Below, in pieces: positions 1 through 11,187 of a stretch of DNA of 64,000 nucleotides. The stretch's first letter is position 1, and every line of letters begins with the position of its first letter. The position numbers and the translations under genes were made by a program. Where the stretch lies: assembly GCA_965222225.1 (NCBI GenBank), contig CBDCTK010000002.1, positions 1,120,001-1,184,000 on the forward strand, given 5' to 3'. Below the pieces are notes generated by a model. That model saw nothing but the letters and a program-made list of their open reading frames with translations. It ran no database searches and was not told where the DNA came from. This stretch comes from Candidatus Poribacteria bacterium. GTDB lineage: Bacteria > Poribacteria > WGA-4E > JAJDTR01.

Positions 1-38
1 GAAATTTAACTTTCATAATTACCATGGACCTGATACAA

Positions 39-70
39 AGAGAGCGCATCCGTCCAACGATGCGCTCTCT
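39..70 (-). terminator. Rho-independent terminator for the 101..592 gene
   Basis: Perfect 12-bp stem AGAGAGCGCATC/GATGCGCTCTCT with 8-nt loop, 30 nt past the stop codon; only a short T tail on the minus strand. Confidence 0.7.
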
Positions 71-100
71 CGTATTGCGAAATCTATCTTTGTGTATGGT

Positions 101-592
101 CTAACCCCGCGGACTGCCTCCTCCTCGTCTGCCTGGTCCGCCGCCACGACGCATCATCTGCTCTATTCGCGTCGCTTCTAATTTCTCAAGTTGGCTGATT
201 TGTTCCTCGGTCAAGACAGCATCTCGTTCTGTAGCGAATGCCTCGCGAAGCTGCGCCATCTCAGCGCGCATGGACTGAAAGTCACCCGAATCCCTAGCCT
301 CTTTGACGGCTTTTTCAAGCTTCTCTCGGTGTTTTTGGAAAACTGGCCGCGCTTTCAGAAGTGTCTCATCGTCGACCTTAACAACAAAGGTTAAGTCGGT
401 CCATGAACTGTCAATTATACTGGTTGGTGAAAATCCGCGCATGCCGCCAGGGCCACCGCGTCCTCCGCCGCGCCCTCTCTCGCGCATTTCGCTCCTGTCC
501 GGACGTTGGGCTTGAGTAATTTGATTTGAAACAAAAATCACTACTAACACAATCGCGAGCACGGAAACAATGCCAAAACTTTTACGTGTCAT
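101..592 (-). CDS. Hypothetical exported/membrane-anchored helical protein with Gly/Arg-rich segments (Spy/CpxP-like LTEEQ motif)
   Basis: N-terminal hydrophobic signal, VLTEEQ motif, RBS AAGGAG upstream. Confidence 0.65.
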   Translation of the reverse strand: MTRKSFGIVSVLAIVLVVIFVSNQITQAQRPDRSEMRERGRGGGRGGPGGMRGFSPTSIIDSSWTDLTFVVKVDDETLLKARPVFQKHREKLEKAVKEARDSGDFQSMRAEMAQLREAFATERDAVLTEEQISQLEKLEATRIEQMMRRGGGPGRRGGGSPRG

Positions 593-868
593 GATAGTAT
601 CTCCTTAAATAGTTGAATTTAGCCGAACCACGCGAACATCCCTATAGAATGTGAGGTTAGGCAAGAATTTTCGGGGCTATTGGTTAGACAAATAACAAGA
701 AGAAAAATTCGCTCTGTTGAACAGAAAAATGGTTAAACGCTTCGCCCAATAGGTTACCATCAATCCGACTCATAAGGCATTGAGAGTAGTGTGGAATGAA
801 ATCTTCCATCCTTCCAATCATATCCCTCACAGTCGCTTCAGAAGATGAACATTCAAATTGAAACTTGT

Positions 869-1681
869 CTAATCTTCCAGTAGATATTGTAACATTGAGA
901 GTGGCGTTGCCACTATTGCGCCACCATCAACCGGCAAGACCACACCAGAAATCCAGCGGGCTTCCTCACTCGCCAAGAACACGCCAGTCCACGCCACATC
1001 CCAAGCCGTCCCTTCTGTGCCTAATGGATTGGCGCGACGACGGAGATCTCGCGATTTCGCCGGAATTGGCCCAACGAAAGACCCCCAGAGTTGACCGGGG
1101 GCAATCGAATTGACTCGAATGTTATCGCGACCGTGATGCACTGCCATATTCTGAGTCATAGCTATGACGCCCCCCTTAGCCGCGGCATAAGGGACATTAG
1201 GTCGCCACCCCGTGCGCATACCGTCAATAGAAGAGATATTGATAATCGACCCGCCGCCATTCCGAATCATCGCCGGGATGGCGAATTTGCATGACAGCAT
1301 CGTACCCTTTAGGTTGACCTCTACCACAAGATCCCAACTGTCCTCTTCCACTTCAACCACCGTTTTCCTATCGGTGAACCCCGCATTGTTGAAAAGGATG
1401 TGTAATCCTCCGTAACGTGACACCGCGTCTTCAATCATTCTTTGACACGCGCTACTTTGTGTCACATCGGCAACGCACAGCGACGCCCTGCCGCCCTCCA
1501 CCTCAATTTGCGACAGCGTTTTCTTGGCGTTCCGTTCGTCCTTGTCCACCACCAAGACGCTTGCCCCTTGCCTTGCAAACAGAATAGCAGTAGCCTGACC
1601 AATGCCTACGACCTCGCCACGTGAACCAGCTCCGGTAACGATAGCGACTTTCTCTTTTAACCTACCTCCGGTCCGTTGCAT
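869..1681 (-). CDS. Short-chain dehydrogenase/reductase (SDR)
   Basis: TGAGSxxxxGIG, NNAG, YAAAK catalytic motif, IRVNSIAPG, VDGG. Confidence 0.92.
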   Translation of the reverse strand: MQRTGGRLKEKVAIVTGAGSRGEVVGIGQATAILFARQGASVLVVDKDERNAKKTLSQIEVEGGRASLCVADVTQSSACQRMIEDAVSRYGGLHILFNNAGFTDRKTVVEVEEDSWDLVVEVNLKGTMLSCKFAIPAMIRNGGGSIINISSIDGMRTGWRPNVPYAAAKGGVIAMTQNMAVHHGRDNIRVNSIAPGQLWGSFVGPIPAKSRDLRRRANPLGTEGTAWDVAWTGVFLASEEARWISGVVLPVDGGAIVATPLSMLQYLLED

Positions 1682-1710
1682 TGGATTCTATCCTTTGAGA
1701 GAAGTTGGAG

Positions 1711-2616
1711 TCAACCCAGTCTCGACAAATACTGGCCGACAACATCTATACCCACCAGCTCGCTGTACGCCGTCTGGAGGCGATGTGTAACGTGACCGGG
1801 CACACTACCATCACCGATAGTGATTCCGTTGACCAACGACACGGGACAGATGCAGTAGCTGGTCGAGGTGATAAAGGCTTCATCAGCGGTATAAGCGTCA
1901 AAGAGATCAATGTCTTCTTCACACACCTCGATTCCCAGCTTTGCAGCGAGTTCCATAGTAGTTTGACGGCTGATGCCAGCCAAGATATATTGGTCTTTCG
2001 GCGTGATTACTACACCATTCTTTACAATGAGAATATTGGCGCCGGCTCCTTCGCAAATGTTGCCATTAATGTCCAGCAGAATCGGAATCGCATCCGGGTT
2101 CTGAGCTTTGACTTCCTGCTCACCGAGAAACAGATTGATGTAATTGTGTAACTTTGCTCTAGGACTCATACACTCGGGCGGCGTTCGCCTCGTTGCAGGA
2201 GTTACCACCGAATGACCGTCGCGAAAATACCTCGCCCTGGCAGCGAATGGTATTGGCATAGTTTCGATAATAACGGTGGGATTGAACGTACCGTCTGTAG
2301 TAGGTGTCCCTCTACTGATTCGTTGATTCGCCCAAGTGTCATCATTTTCGCCTAGCAGAGGAAGATTTGCGTTGACCACTTGGCGAGTCAGCTCCGCCAT
2401 GTAATCTTGTGTCATTCCCGGATCTATGCGCATGTATTTTAGAGAATTATACAATCGGTCGAGGTGTTCTTTCAGCTTGAAGATTGTCCCGCCAAATGTT
2501 CGGGTCGCATCGAACACGGCATCTCCAAACATAAATCCTCGGTCACGGAAAGGAACCCTTGCCTCGCTCTCCGGTATTATCTCTCCATTGAAATATACGA
2601 CACGTTCTTGAGCCAT
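1711..2616 (-). CDS. PLP-dependent aminotransferase class IV (branched-chain/D-amino acid aminotransferase-like)
   Basis: DRGFMFGDAVF, HLDRL, AKLHNY (PLP Lys), EGAGAN, LAGISR, ADEAFITS; start moved to MAQERV on RBS spacing. Confidence 0.9.
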   Translation of the reverse strand: MAQERVVYFNGEIIPESEARVPFRDRGFMFGDAVFDATRTFGGTIFKLKEHLDRLYNSLKYMRIDPGMTQDYMAELTRQVVNANLPLLGENDDTWANQRISRGTPTTDGTFNPTVIIETMPIPFAARARYFRDGHSVVTPATRRTPPECMSPRAKLHNYINLFLGEQEVKAQNPDAIPILLDINGNICEGAGANILIVKNGVVITPKDQYILAGISRQTTMELAAKLGIEVCEEDIDLFDAYTADEAFITSTSYCICPVSLVNGITIGDGSVPGHVTHRLQTAYSELVGIDVVGQYLSRLG

Positions 2617-2805
2617 TTTCATACCCCGTGGTATAGATGTGTTTGTGTGTAACCGGGTCATTGCAACCACTCGGTTGAATGCTGATGACTTGGCGTAAAA
2701 AATCCATTAATTCCGCTTAATAATTCCTGAAGTTGGTCGGCATTGTAGCACAATTGTATCCAAAATCACAGGAATTCCAACCACTACGGTGGCTTCGCAA
2801 AATGC

Positions 2806-2833
2806 TTGACTTTTCACCGGCTCAATGTATAAT
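2806..2833 (+). promoter_or_regulatory. Sigma70-type promoter upstream of sppA
   Basis: TTGACT-16 nt-TATAAT. Confidence 0.6.
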
Positions 2834-3019
2834 CCTCGTTGCATGTCCATGCAAATTAACCGCTTCTACCACCGATACCTCACCGATCCCAGTTTGGGCA
2901 GGGCATTTCAAAGAATTACCGAATAATACGCATCGGACATCCGCTCGTCGAAAGTAATAAATGGATGTACATCCACCTTCGCGTTCTTTATTTTATTTTG
3001 TGCTAGAAAGGAAATTGGA

Positions 3020-4855
3020 ATGACAATTCAGCTAAAGCGCTATTGGATACTTGTAATAGCATTGCTAATCTTCACTTCGTCCAACCCCGTGCACGCCGCG
3101 TCTAGTTCCGAACCTGCCGACAAAGCGTTAAATGCTGATGTCGCTGAAGCGGATGAAGAGCAATCACCAAGTCAGTACATTGAGGTATCGATCCGCGGTC
3201 CGTACGCAGAGGTTAAATCCCCTTTCACATTCGGTCAAACGTTCAAGACAGTGCGAAGTTTGACATCTGAACTTGAGTTCATTCGGAAAAATGAGAAGGC
3301 AATTGGCGTGCTTTTGAAGATTGACAACCTTGGCGCCGGATGGGCAAAGCTACAAGAGATTCGAGACAAGATTATTCAACTCCGCCTGTCGGGAAAAGTG
3401 GTAATTAGCCATCTCAACAGTGGAGGGAACATGGAATATCTGATCGCTTGCGCCGGCGATCAGATATTCCTTAGTCCCTCCGGCACCGTTGGCTTAACAG
3501 GGCTTCGCGCAGAGGTGATGTTCTACGCCGGATTGTTTGAAAAACTGGATATCGAAGCAGAAATGATCGCTATGGGTAAATATAAATCCGCAATCGAGCC
3601 ATTCATGCAAGAGCGTATGTCCGAACCCTTTCGTGAAGCTGTTAATACCATCCTTGATGACCTGCATATTCAACAAATTGAGATGATTGCAGATGGAGGT
3701 GCACACCTTGATGCTGTAGCCGTAGAGAAACTTATTGACGAAGGGCCATTCACTGCACAGGAAGCACTTGAAAAGGGGTTAGTGGACGGTCTCCTATACT
3801 ACGACGAACTACTCTCTTCAATTCAAACTGAATCGGCTAAACCAATTGAGATAGTCTCAGACTACCGCAAGAAGTCCAAGGAGGTGCAGGATTTAACCGG
3901 AATTGCCGGATTAATGCGCCTGTTTTCTATGTTGTCGCCACCCAAGAAACACATTAAACCTTTGGGCACCCCACGAATTGCGCTCATTTATGCAACAGGT
4001 CCCATCTTATCGGATGTGCCGGATGGCCCTTTCAATATTGGACAGGTTATCACCTCTCGCGAAATCAGTGAGGCACTCCGTCAGGTACGCGCGGACGATT
4101 CTACCAAAGCCGCCGTAATTCGCATCGACAGTCCCGGAGGTTCAGCACTTGCTTCAGACCTCATCTGGCGCGAAGTTCTCTGGACCCAGCGCGAAAAACC
4201 TGTTGTCGTATCCATGTCGGATGTTGCCGGATCAGGCGGTTACTATATTGCAATGGCGGCAGGAACGATTGTCGCTCAACCGGCGACAATTACCGGATCG
4301 ATTGGAGTCTTTGGCGGAAAGTTCAATCTGAAAGGACTCTACAATAAGCTTGGGTTGACGAAGGAAGTTGTTACCCGCGGCAAGAATGCGAATATTTACT
4401 CCGATTATGGAAGTTTCACCCCAACCGAACGTGAACGGGTAGAAAAACTGATGAAAACGGTTTACGAGGATTTCGTTCGGAAAGCCGCTGAAGGCAGGCG
4501 TAAGACGAAAGAGGAAATTCATGAAATCGCGCAAGGACGCGTTTGGACAGGCAAACAAGCAAAAAACATCGGGCTTGTGGATGTGCTTGGAGGGCTCGAC
4601 ACAGCCCTTTCTCTTGCAAAAGCTAATGCCGGATTAAGGGACGATGATGAAGTCCAGATATTCGTGCTGCCTAAGCCGAAGACGTTCGTTGAGTTTCTTG
4701 TGGAAGATATGGAAAAAAACCTTAGAATTCCGCTAACTCCGGATTTGTCCGTCCCTGTCTCGCTCGCAACGTCACTATCGGCACTGTACCGACTTCTGTC
4801 ATTCGCAAACGGACCGGTCGCTACGGTCTTACCGGTTGATATCGTAATTAGATGA
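3020..4855 (+). CDS. sppA: Signal peptide peptidase SppA, long (67K, tandem S49 domain) type
   Basis: GKYKSAIEPF (Lys), RIDSPGGSALASD, SMSDVAGSGGYY (Ser), TITGSIGV, AQGRVWTG. Confidence 0.93.
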   Translation: MTIQLKRYWILVIALLIFTSSNPVHAASSSEPADKALNADVAEADEEQSPSQYIEVSIRGPYAEVKSPFTFGQTFKTVRSLTSELEFIRKNEKAIGVLLKIDNLGAGWAKLQEIRDKIIQLRLSGKVVISHLNSGGNMEYLIACAGDQIFLSPSGTVGLTGLRAEVMFYAGLFEKLDIEAEMIAMGKYKSAIEPFMQERMSEPFREAVNTILDDLHIQQIEMIADGGAHLDAVAVEKLIDEGPFTAQEALEKGLVDGLLYYDELLSSIQTESAKPIEIVSDYRKKSKEVQDLTGIAGLMRLFSMLSPPKKHIKPLGTPRIALIYATGPILSDVPDGPFNIGQVITSREISEALRQVRADDSTKAAVIRIDSPGGSALASDLIWREVLWTQREKPVVVSMSDVAGSGGYYIAMAAGTIVAQPATITGSIGVFGGKFNLKGLYNKLGLTKEVVTRGKNANIYSDYGSFTPTERERVEKLMKTVYEDFVRKAAEGRRKTKEEIHEIAQGRVWTGKQAKNIGLVDVLGGLDTALSLAKANAGLRDDDEVQIFVLPKPKTFVEFLVEDMEKNLRIPLTPDLSVPVSLATSLSALYRLLSFANGPVATVLPVDIVIR

Positions 4856-4935
4856 AAACACCCGTACCGACATGTTTGGATTCTGTCTTTCAGGCGCCAT
4901 CCTTCAAAGATATTTGCAGTCGGCATCTCAGTTTA

Positions 4936-6018
4936 TCAGGCGCTCATCTGTAGCATCCGTTCAATGGGCGCCCGTGCCCGCTCAATCACGTCGGGACAGA
5001 GGGTCACTTCATAATCACTTAGACTGTTACCCGTATCTATGGCTTCAAGGATATCAAGTACTTTAGCGAGGCTGACTTTCGCCATGTGCGAACAGCGAAC
5101 CGAGCATGCAGTCCAAAACTGTACAGATGGAAACTCTTGTGAAAGGTTGGATGTAAGCTCACATTCTGACGCCACGAAAGCGCGGTCCAAACGCTTTTCC
5201 TCTACCCGTTTTGCGATATCTCGCATAATCTGACTTGTACTCCCGTAAAAGTCGGCTTCTCTGAGAACTTCACGTCGACATTCCCAATGCGCATACAAGG
5301 CGCGGCGCGTGTGCCCTTTGGGAATCTCAAAGGATTCTCGCACGGCTAGCAAATCCGAAAGCTTGAATTCTTCATGCACCTCGCACACCGCACCCTTTTC
5401 GTGGTTTCCCTTGCCCGGGTAGATAACAGTTTTCTCGCCAGCTAGTTCATCCTCCAAGTTCTGAGCAAAGAAGATGTCCGGCACAAACACAATCCGATCG
5501 CCCGGCATTTCCTTAGCTATCTTGGCGGCGTTTGCCGACGTGCAACAAACGTCCGATTCCGCCTTTGCATCCGCATAACTATTGATGTAAATCATAACCG
5601 GTACATTTGGATACATGGCTTTCAGTTTCTTCACATCTTCCGCACCAAAGTTATCAGCTAGCGAGCACCCTGCCGTCTTATCGGCGACAAGAACCGTCTT
5701 TGACGGGTTGAGAATCTTGGCTGTTTCCGCCATGAACGGAACCCCATTAAAGATGATATATGGCCCAGTTGTTTTGGCGGCGTGCATACTTAAGCCTAGG
5801 GAGTCGCCCTGTTCCTCTTTCGTGGACACTCCAAACACGAGCGGCTCCATGTAATTGTGACCAAGCATGACAACGTTGTGTTTTTTCTTGAGCGTAAGTA
5901 TTCTGTACAAGGTTTTGGCATGCGCTTCAATGTCCACCGGTGTTAAGCCCGGATGATCCCTTTCGTACAGTTCCGCTTTCACACTCTCAAGATTTAAATC
6001 CCCTGCCTGTATGCTCAT
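4936..6018 (-). CDS. nadA: Quinolinate synthase NadA
   Basis: GHNY, GDSL, FMAETAKIL, GCSLA, YINS, CTSAN, CEVH, HWEC, CSHM (three Fe-S Cys). Confidence 0.93.
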   Translation of the reverse strand: MSIQAGDLNLESVKAELYERDHPGLTPVDIEAHAKTLYRILTLKKKHNVVMLGHNYMEPLVFGVSTKEEQGDSLGLSMHAAKTTGPYIIFNGVPFMAETAKILNPSKTVLVADKTAGCSLADNFGAEDVKKLKAMYPNVPVMIYINSYADAKAESDVCCTSANAAKIAKEMPGDRIVFVPDIFFAQNLEDELAGEKTVIYPGKGNHEKGAVCEVHEEFKLSDLLAVRESFEIPKGHTRRALYAHWECRREVLREADFYGSTSQIMRDIAKRVEEKRLDRAFVASECELTSNLSQEFPSVQFWTACSVRCSHMAKVSLAKVLDILEAIDTGNSLSDYEVTLCPDVIERARAPIERMLQMSA

Positions 6019-6149
6019 GTGCTGCTACCTTTGGATTCTCTCGTCGCCGCTAAACCACGTTAGCTGCTAGTCTACGGCTGTCGTTACCATGCACCTTGAA
6101 CCTGCCAAAATAAGTAGATGCTTCAAGTTTATGAACGGAATTAAGGGAG

Positions 6150-6178
6150 AGTGTACATCAGGTCTCAGTTTTTGTCAA
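6150..6178 (-). promoter_or_regulatory. Sigma70-type promoter for nadA
   Basis: Minus strand TTGACA-17 nt-TACACT. Confidence 0.65.
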
Positions 6179-6735
6179 GCATGTTTCCACTAGCGCACAC
6201 AGCCACTAAACCTAAGCTCGCTAGCGCTAATTCCATTTAGGCATTGGTATATGACTCCTTGTTAATCCTATTCGACGACCTGTTTTCACACTGTTTTCAC
6301 ATGGGTGCCCGGACGCCGATATTAGTCTCGCAATTTGAGATTTACAGGACTTGGATTCTGGTACTTGAATGCGAGGATTTTCTGGCTAGTTCTGGATTTT
6401 TTGTTCGGCGGAGAATGCCGCTCAACCACGCGAATCACCAAAGTGAGGATTTCGACGAAATCATTGTGCCCGTCATTGAATCTAACACACATTGCTGATT
6501 CTCTGCGCATGATTGGCTTATGCTGACGCCGCACCTCCCTATTTTTGCGTGTCATTTTTCTACGACTCGTGCTATAATTATGCAGAATTTTGAGAAGCAA
6601 TGAAGATTCAGATTCCGGGCAGGTAGGCCCCCTCCACTGCAACTTGACGCATGGATCTAATTGAAATCTTTGAATTTCTAGCCTCCCGCTTCACCCGCCC
6701 GCCAAGAAAACTGTTAGGAAAGAGAAGAGGAAAAT

Positions 6736-9267
6736 ATGGCAGATAGTGTAAACGCGAACCCGTTACTATCACCGGTTCAGCCGCTGACGGTCGATTACAA
6801 TCGAGAACGCATAGAAGACATTGGATACATGACATGTATGACGTTAGTGTTGCTCGGCAATTACGCTCAAACTGGCCATTTCGGCGGCCCATTAGCATAC
6901 ACGCCCTATAACGTAGCTCTCCATCTAGCCGGCCCAGAACTAGGTGGGCTTCGCTATGACTACCGGAAGCCAAAGCATCCATTCTGTGACAAATTCATGC
7001 TCGCGGGGGGACATAACATTCCGACCGCATACGCCTTGTGGATGATTATGGGCGAGGCTATGGCACGTAAGCACTCTGCTACAGCCGATGCGCGCCATTA
7101 TGTGGATCCAGAAATCGCTATGCTCCCAATTGATGCCCTCGGTTTCCGTCGTGGGGCTGGCGCATTGAGAACTCTTCTTGAAAATCATGGTCTCGAAGAC
7201 CATCCGCTTTTTGCCCAAGCGAGAATACGGGGCATTCGTTCTCTCGCGGGTCACGCGGAAACGACTGATTTGACCAACGATGTCAATGGCGGTCCCTCCG
7301 GGATTGGTGTAGCAACGGCTGCAGGAAAAGCTGCTTTTTGGAATTTTGTAGGTGCTCCAGATTCCCTCAAGGTTTTTGCTCTCGAGGGCGAATTTGCCAT
7401 GACGGAGGGACATGCTCAGGAACTGAAAACGCAAGGTCTCGCCATGCAGGTGGGCAAACGCCTACGTATCCTGATTTCATACAATAACGCAGGAATTGAC
7501 GACACCTTGGTCGGCGGTGTTGTAGACGCCAAATATAAGCAATACCAACTCGAGGACCAGTGGACCTCCTACGCATGGAATGTATTTGCTCTTGAGAATG
7601 GCAATGATTATGACCAGATTTTGGCGGCTCTTCACACCATGGAGAATTGGGGTGCAGATGACCGACGACCAATGGTTGTCATCGGAAACACGATAAAAGG
7701 ATATTGGCCGGCAGCCGTCAATGGGAAGATTGAGGGCTATGGCGATCAACTCATCAGCTATCCAAGCCATCCCTATTCCTTAAAGATGAATTCGGAGTAC
7801 TTTGTGGCACTCGCCACAACCTTTGAACAACAGTACGGTGTCGAATTTCAAGGCATCCACGACGGACCGGTGACTGACGAGCGCGAGCGTTTGATTCAAT
7901 TCAAAACAAACATTGACGTGGTGATGTCGGTACTAGATCGCAATGGACTCGGAGACTGGTTGGCGCATCGACTCGTAGAGATTGGTGATTCGGTGCAGGA
8001 TGACTTGCCGCTGCGAGTTGATGTCACCCGCGACCCCTTCCTAGATAATCGGCTCCGCGTTGAGAATCTCCCGGTTGAACCACAGCACCTCTCGGTTACA
8101 AATCCCGTATCTGGTGAGGAGCAGGAAGTAGATATTTCGCTATTTAAGAAACCGGGGGAAGTCGCTGGAACGCGCCGCGCTATTTCTGAATTCATCAAGT
8201 GGGTCAACTACGTGACGGACAACCGCTTTATCACGCTTGCTGCCGACCTTTCCGAGTCTATCAACATAGAACACGGAAGCCTTTGGGGACACTACAATCC
8301 GGACACCAACCCTGCCGCCACTCGGTTCAAAGCTCCCATCCAAGAAGCGGGCAACGCCTCAAGTGCAATCGGGCTGGTGGGACAGAGTGCGTCGCTTGAC
8401 CCGGCGAAGTTTGCCGGCGTCTGGGCATTAAGCGGCACCTACGGCGCCTTCACACCGTTGATGTATTTGCCTGCCCGAGTATGGAGTCAGCAGAGCCAAG
8501 ACAGCCGTTTTCGTATGGGAATTTTGCACATTCTCGCCGGTCATTCAGGCCCGGAAACCGCCGCCGATGCTCGCACACATTTTGGCATTTTTGCACCTCA
8601 GGTGTGGAAACTGTTTCCGCGCGGACAAGCGATTCATGTCAGCTTCTGGGATTATAATGATGTTGCCCCTGGATACTTTGCCGCGGCCGAAATTGCAGCT
8701 CGAGACCCCAAGGTTAGTGTGATTATCATCGAAGTTGCGCGTCCGGATTTTCCGGTAGCAGATCGAAATACGTTTGCCGATAAAGACCTCAAGGCGGCTG
8801 CCAAAGGATTATATGTTATCCGAGACTTCCGCCCGAACCAACCCAAACACGGTTATGTAATCGTCCAAGGATCTAATTCTACTGTTAATCTCGTAAAGAT
8901 AATTCCACGCCTGGAAGCACAGGGCATCAATGTGAAGATTATTGCCGCTGTCAGCGAAGATCTTTTTGATCGCCAATCGGCTGATTATCGCCAATCGGTG
9001 TTGCCCCCGGAGGCAAAGTATGACATGATGGTAGTCAGCACGGGCACGCAGAGAGTCTGGCCAATCAGGGATGTTGGTCCGTTGACGGACGAATATTCAT
9101 TGACCGCCGACTGGGACAATCAGTGGCTCACCGGCGGCACAGAATCGGATGTCATCGCAGAAGCTCATCTTGATGCCGAATCTATCTTTGCTGGAATACA
9201 ACGATTCGCCGAGATGCGCGAAAACCGTATAAATCGGCAGCGTGACTTTCTCGAAAACTTGGCGTAA
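6736..9267 (+). CDS. Divergent transketolase-like ThDP enzyme
   Basis: GHFGGPL, DKFMLAGGH, LAGHAE, GGPSGIG, TIKG, ADLSES, IQE, HSGPETAADARTH follow the transketolase motif order; ThDP motif is atypical. Confidence 0.8.
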   Translation: MADSVNANPLLSPVQPLTVDYNRERIEDIGYMTCMTLVLLGNYAQTGHFGGPLAYTPYNVALHLAGPELGGLRYDYRKPKHPFCDKFMLAGGHNIPTAYALWMIMGEAMARKHSATADARHYVDPEIAMLPIDALGFRRGAGALRTLLENHGLEDHPLFAQARIRGIRSLAGHAETTDLTNDVNGGPSGIGVATAAGKAAFWNFVGAPDSLKVFALEGEFAMTEGHAQELKTQGLAMQVGKRLRILISYNNAGIDDTLVGGVVDAKYKQYQLEDQWTSYAWNVFALENGNDYDQILAALHTMENWGADDRRPMVVIGNTIKGYWPAAVNGKIEGYGDQLISYPSHPYSLKMNSEYFVALATTFEQQYGVEFQGIHDGPVTDERERLIQFKTNIDVVMSVLDRNGLGDWLAHRLVEIGDSVQDDLPLRVDVTRDPFLDNRLRVENLPVEPQHLSVTNPVSGEEQEVDISLFKKPGEVAGTRRAISEFIKWVNYVTDNRFITLAADLSESINIEHGSLWGHYNPDTNPAATRFKAPIQEAGNASSAIGLVGQSASLDPAKFAGVWALSGTYGAFTPLMYLPARVWSQQSQDSRFRMGILHILAGHSGPETAADARTHFGIFAPQVWKLFPRGQAIHVSFWDYNDVAPGYFAAAEIAARDPKVSVIIIEVARPDFPVADRNTFADKDLKAAAKGLYVIRDFRPNQPKHGYVIVQGSNSTVNLVKIIPRLEAQGINVKIIAAVSEDLFDRQSADYRQSVLPPEAKYDMMVVSTGTQRVWPIRDVGPLTDEYSLTADWDNQWLTGGTESDVIAEAHLDAESIFAGIQRFAEMRENRINRQRDFLENLA

Positions 9268-9360
9268 GTTGCACACTCTTCTCAGATGGCGAGGACAGGA
9301 TTGAATATGAGAAGTTGTCTAATGAATCATACGCACTTCAAAATGTAGGATTGAGGAAGG

Positions 9361-11118
9361 TTGGATTTCATGGATTTGAGACCTATCACGGCGAATCCTT
9401 CCCAAATAATGGTGGAGCAACTCGCGACGCTAGGAGTCAAATATGTATTCAACAACTCTGGCTCCCGAGAGGCGCATTTCTTCGACGCTCTGAATTCACA
9501 TCCCAAAATACACGGTATTCTCGGTCTACATGAAGGCAGCGTTGCAGCAATGGCTGGAGGTTACGCGCAAGTAAATCTGGACCCGGCTGTAATGCTCGTG
9601 CACCTCGGCGCAGGATTGGCTCAGTGTCTTGGCCAATTCTATAACGTATGGTACGGGGGGCTCCCTGTCGTGGTCATTACATTCGCAGGAGACACAGGAA
9701 GCTACACCGACAGGGTTAGTTTAGACCTCGGCCATAGTTTTGCGCCAACCTCAATTGCTGCGCCCATGGCAAAGGCTACTTGGACAATCATCGAACCGGA
9801 AGGACTACCTCAAGCCATTTATAGAGCCATTCACATTGCCAAGACGCCTCCGGTTGGGCCAGTGCATCTGGCTGTTTACGATCGGGCTTTGGACAATCAT
9901 CAGGTCTCGACGAACATCATCGAAACTGACATTGTAGACCTGCACCTAGGGCACCCAGACGATGATGACGTAGAAAAAATGGCACGTCTCCTACACGATG
10001 CCGAGCGTCCGGTGGTATATATTGGTGATGGAATCTGGAAGAGCGGGGCAGAGCCAGAAGCCACTGCGTTGGTTGAGCATTATGGACTTCCTGTTGTCCA
10101 CGTGTGGGGCGATCTGCGAAGCATCCCGATTAGGCACAGATTCCGTTGTGGACAGATGGCAGCCATAGAAACTCTTAATCCGGATCTTATTCTCTGCCTT
10201 GGTGTTCGGCACGCCGGGCTTGGTAAGCCTTACGATTACCACGCGTTTACCGACGGGCGTAAGGTAGTTGCCATTGGATCGGATCCCGCAAACATCAAGA
10301 ATATCCCGGGAGTTGATTTCGCGATTTTAGCGGATGAGAAGCGAACCTTGGCACGCTTGAACGAATTGGCGGAGAATCATTCTACATCAACTCGATTGGA
10401 GCTACGACGAACATGGGCACAAACACAAGCGGCATCGCTCCATGCACAACGTACCAAAGCCGAGCGCAGTTCCAAACCACAATCCGGTCGAGTTCGTCCT
10501 TGGCTGTTACGAGATGCGCTTGATGAGGCATTAAACAGTCGTGACGGAGGCACGGTTATGATTGAACAGTATGTCGTACCCGTGGAAAACCTCGCTAAAT
10601 CCGAAGATGTAGGGAACAACTTGTATATGATCGCTGCTGGCGGATCGGAAGGTTACGGAGTTGGCGCAGCCATCGGCGCCAAGCTAGCGGCTCTTGATCG
10701 GCCTGTTGTTGGGCTGGTCGGAGATGGTTCGCTGTGTTATGCCGATTCAGGGCTATGGACAGCGGTTCATCACGGAATTCCGTTGCTCTATGTGATTTCC
10801 AACAATCAATCTTACGGCATCGTTGCGTATCACTTTGGTCGAGCCAAAGGTTCGACAATGGAGGAAACCGATGAGTACCCCGGCGTCGTTTTGAGCGGCA
10901 TAGACCCTGTGAAGATTGCCGAGGGATTCGGAGTGGAGGCCATGTGCATAAAGGATGAGTCTTGCGTCGCAGATTCAATCGAACGTGGATTGGAAGTAGT
11001 GGAACACGAAGGGCGACCATTCCTTCTGGATGTGCATCTACCGCTAGATCTTCCAAACAACGGGAGAGGTGTAGAACCATTTCGCGCTACAGACATTGGA
11101 TACAAAGAAGAGTTTTGA
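9361..11118 (+). CDS. ThDP-dependent decarboxylase family protein (benzoylformate decarboxylase/ALS-like)
   Basis: FNNSGSRE, GLHEGSVAAMAGGYA, GDGS...NNQSYG ThDP motif. Confidence 0.88.
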   Translation: MDFMDLRPITANPSQIMVEQLATLGVKYVFNNSGSREAHFFDALNSHPKIHGILGLHEGSVAAMAGGYAQVNLDPAVMLVHLGAGLAQCLGQFYNVWYGGLPVVVITFAGDTGSYTDRVSLDLGHSFAPTSIAAPMAKATWTIIEPEGLPQAIYRAIHIAKTPPVGPVHLAVYDRALDNHQVSTNIIETDIVDLHLGHPDDDDVEKMARLLHDAERPVVYIGDGIWKSGAEPEATALVEHYGLPVVHVWGDLRSIPIRHRFRCGQMAAIETLNPDLILCLGVRHAGLGKPYDYHAFTDGRKVVAIGSDPANIKNIPGVDFAILADEKRTLARLNELAENHSTSTRLELRRTWAQTQAASLHAQRTKAERSSKPQSGRVRPWLLRDALDEALNSRDGGTVMIEQYVVPVENLAKSEDVGNNLYMIAAGGSEGYGVGAAIGAKLAALDRPVVGLVGDGSLCYADSGLWTAVHHGIPLLYVISNNQSYGIVAYHFGRAKGSTMEETDEYPGVVLSGIDPVKIAEGFGVEAMCIKDESCVADSIERGLEVVEHEGRPFLLDVHLPLDLPNNGRGVEPFRATDIGYKEEF

Positions 11119-11187
11119 CGTGACTTCAACAGGGGCAACAAAACCTTCGCCCTCGGATCCCATGGTGTTGCGTCAAAGTTATTATCT

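Noticed and set aside
6244-6642. Overlapping short ORFs between nadA and the transketolase-like gene
   Set aside because: No motifs or clear RBS; the region contains promoter-like elements and is probably intergenic.
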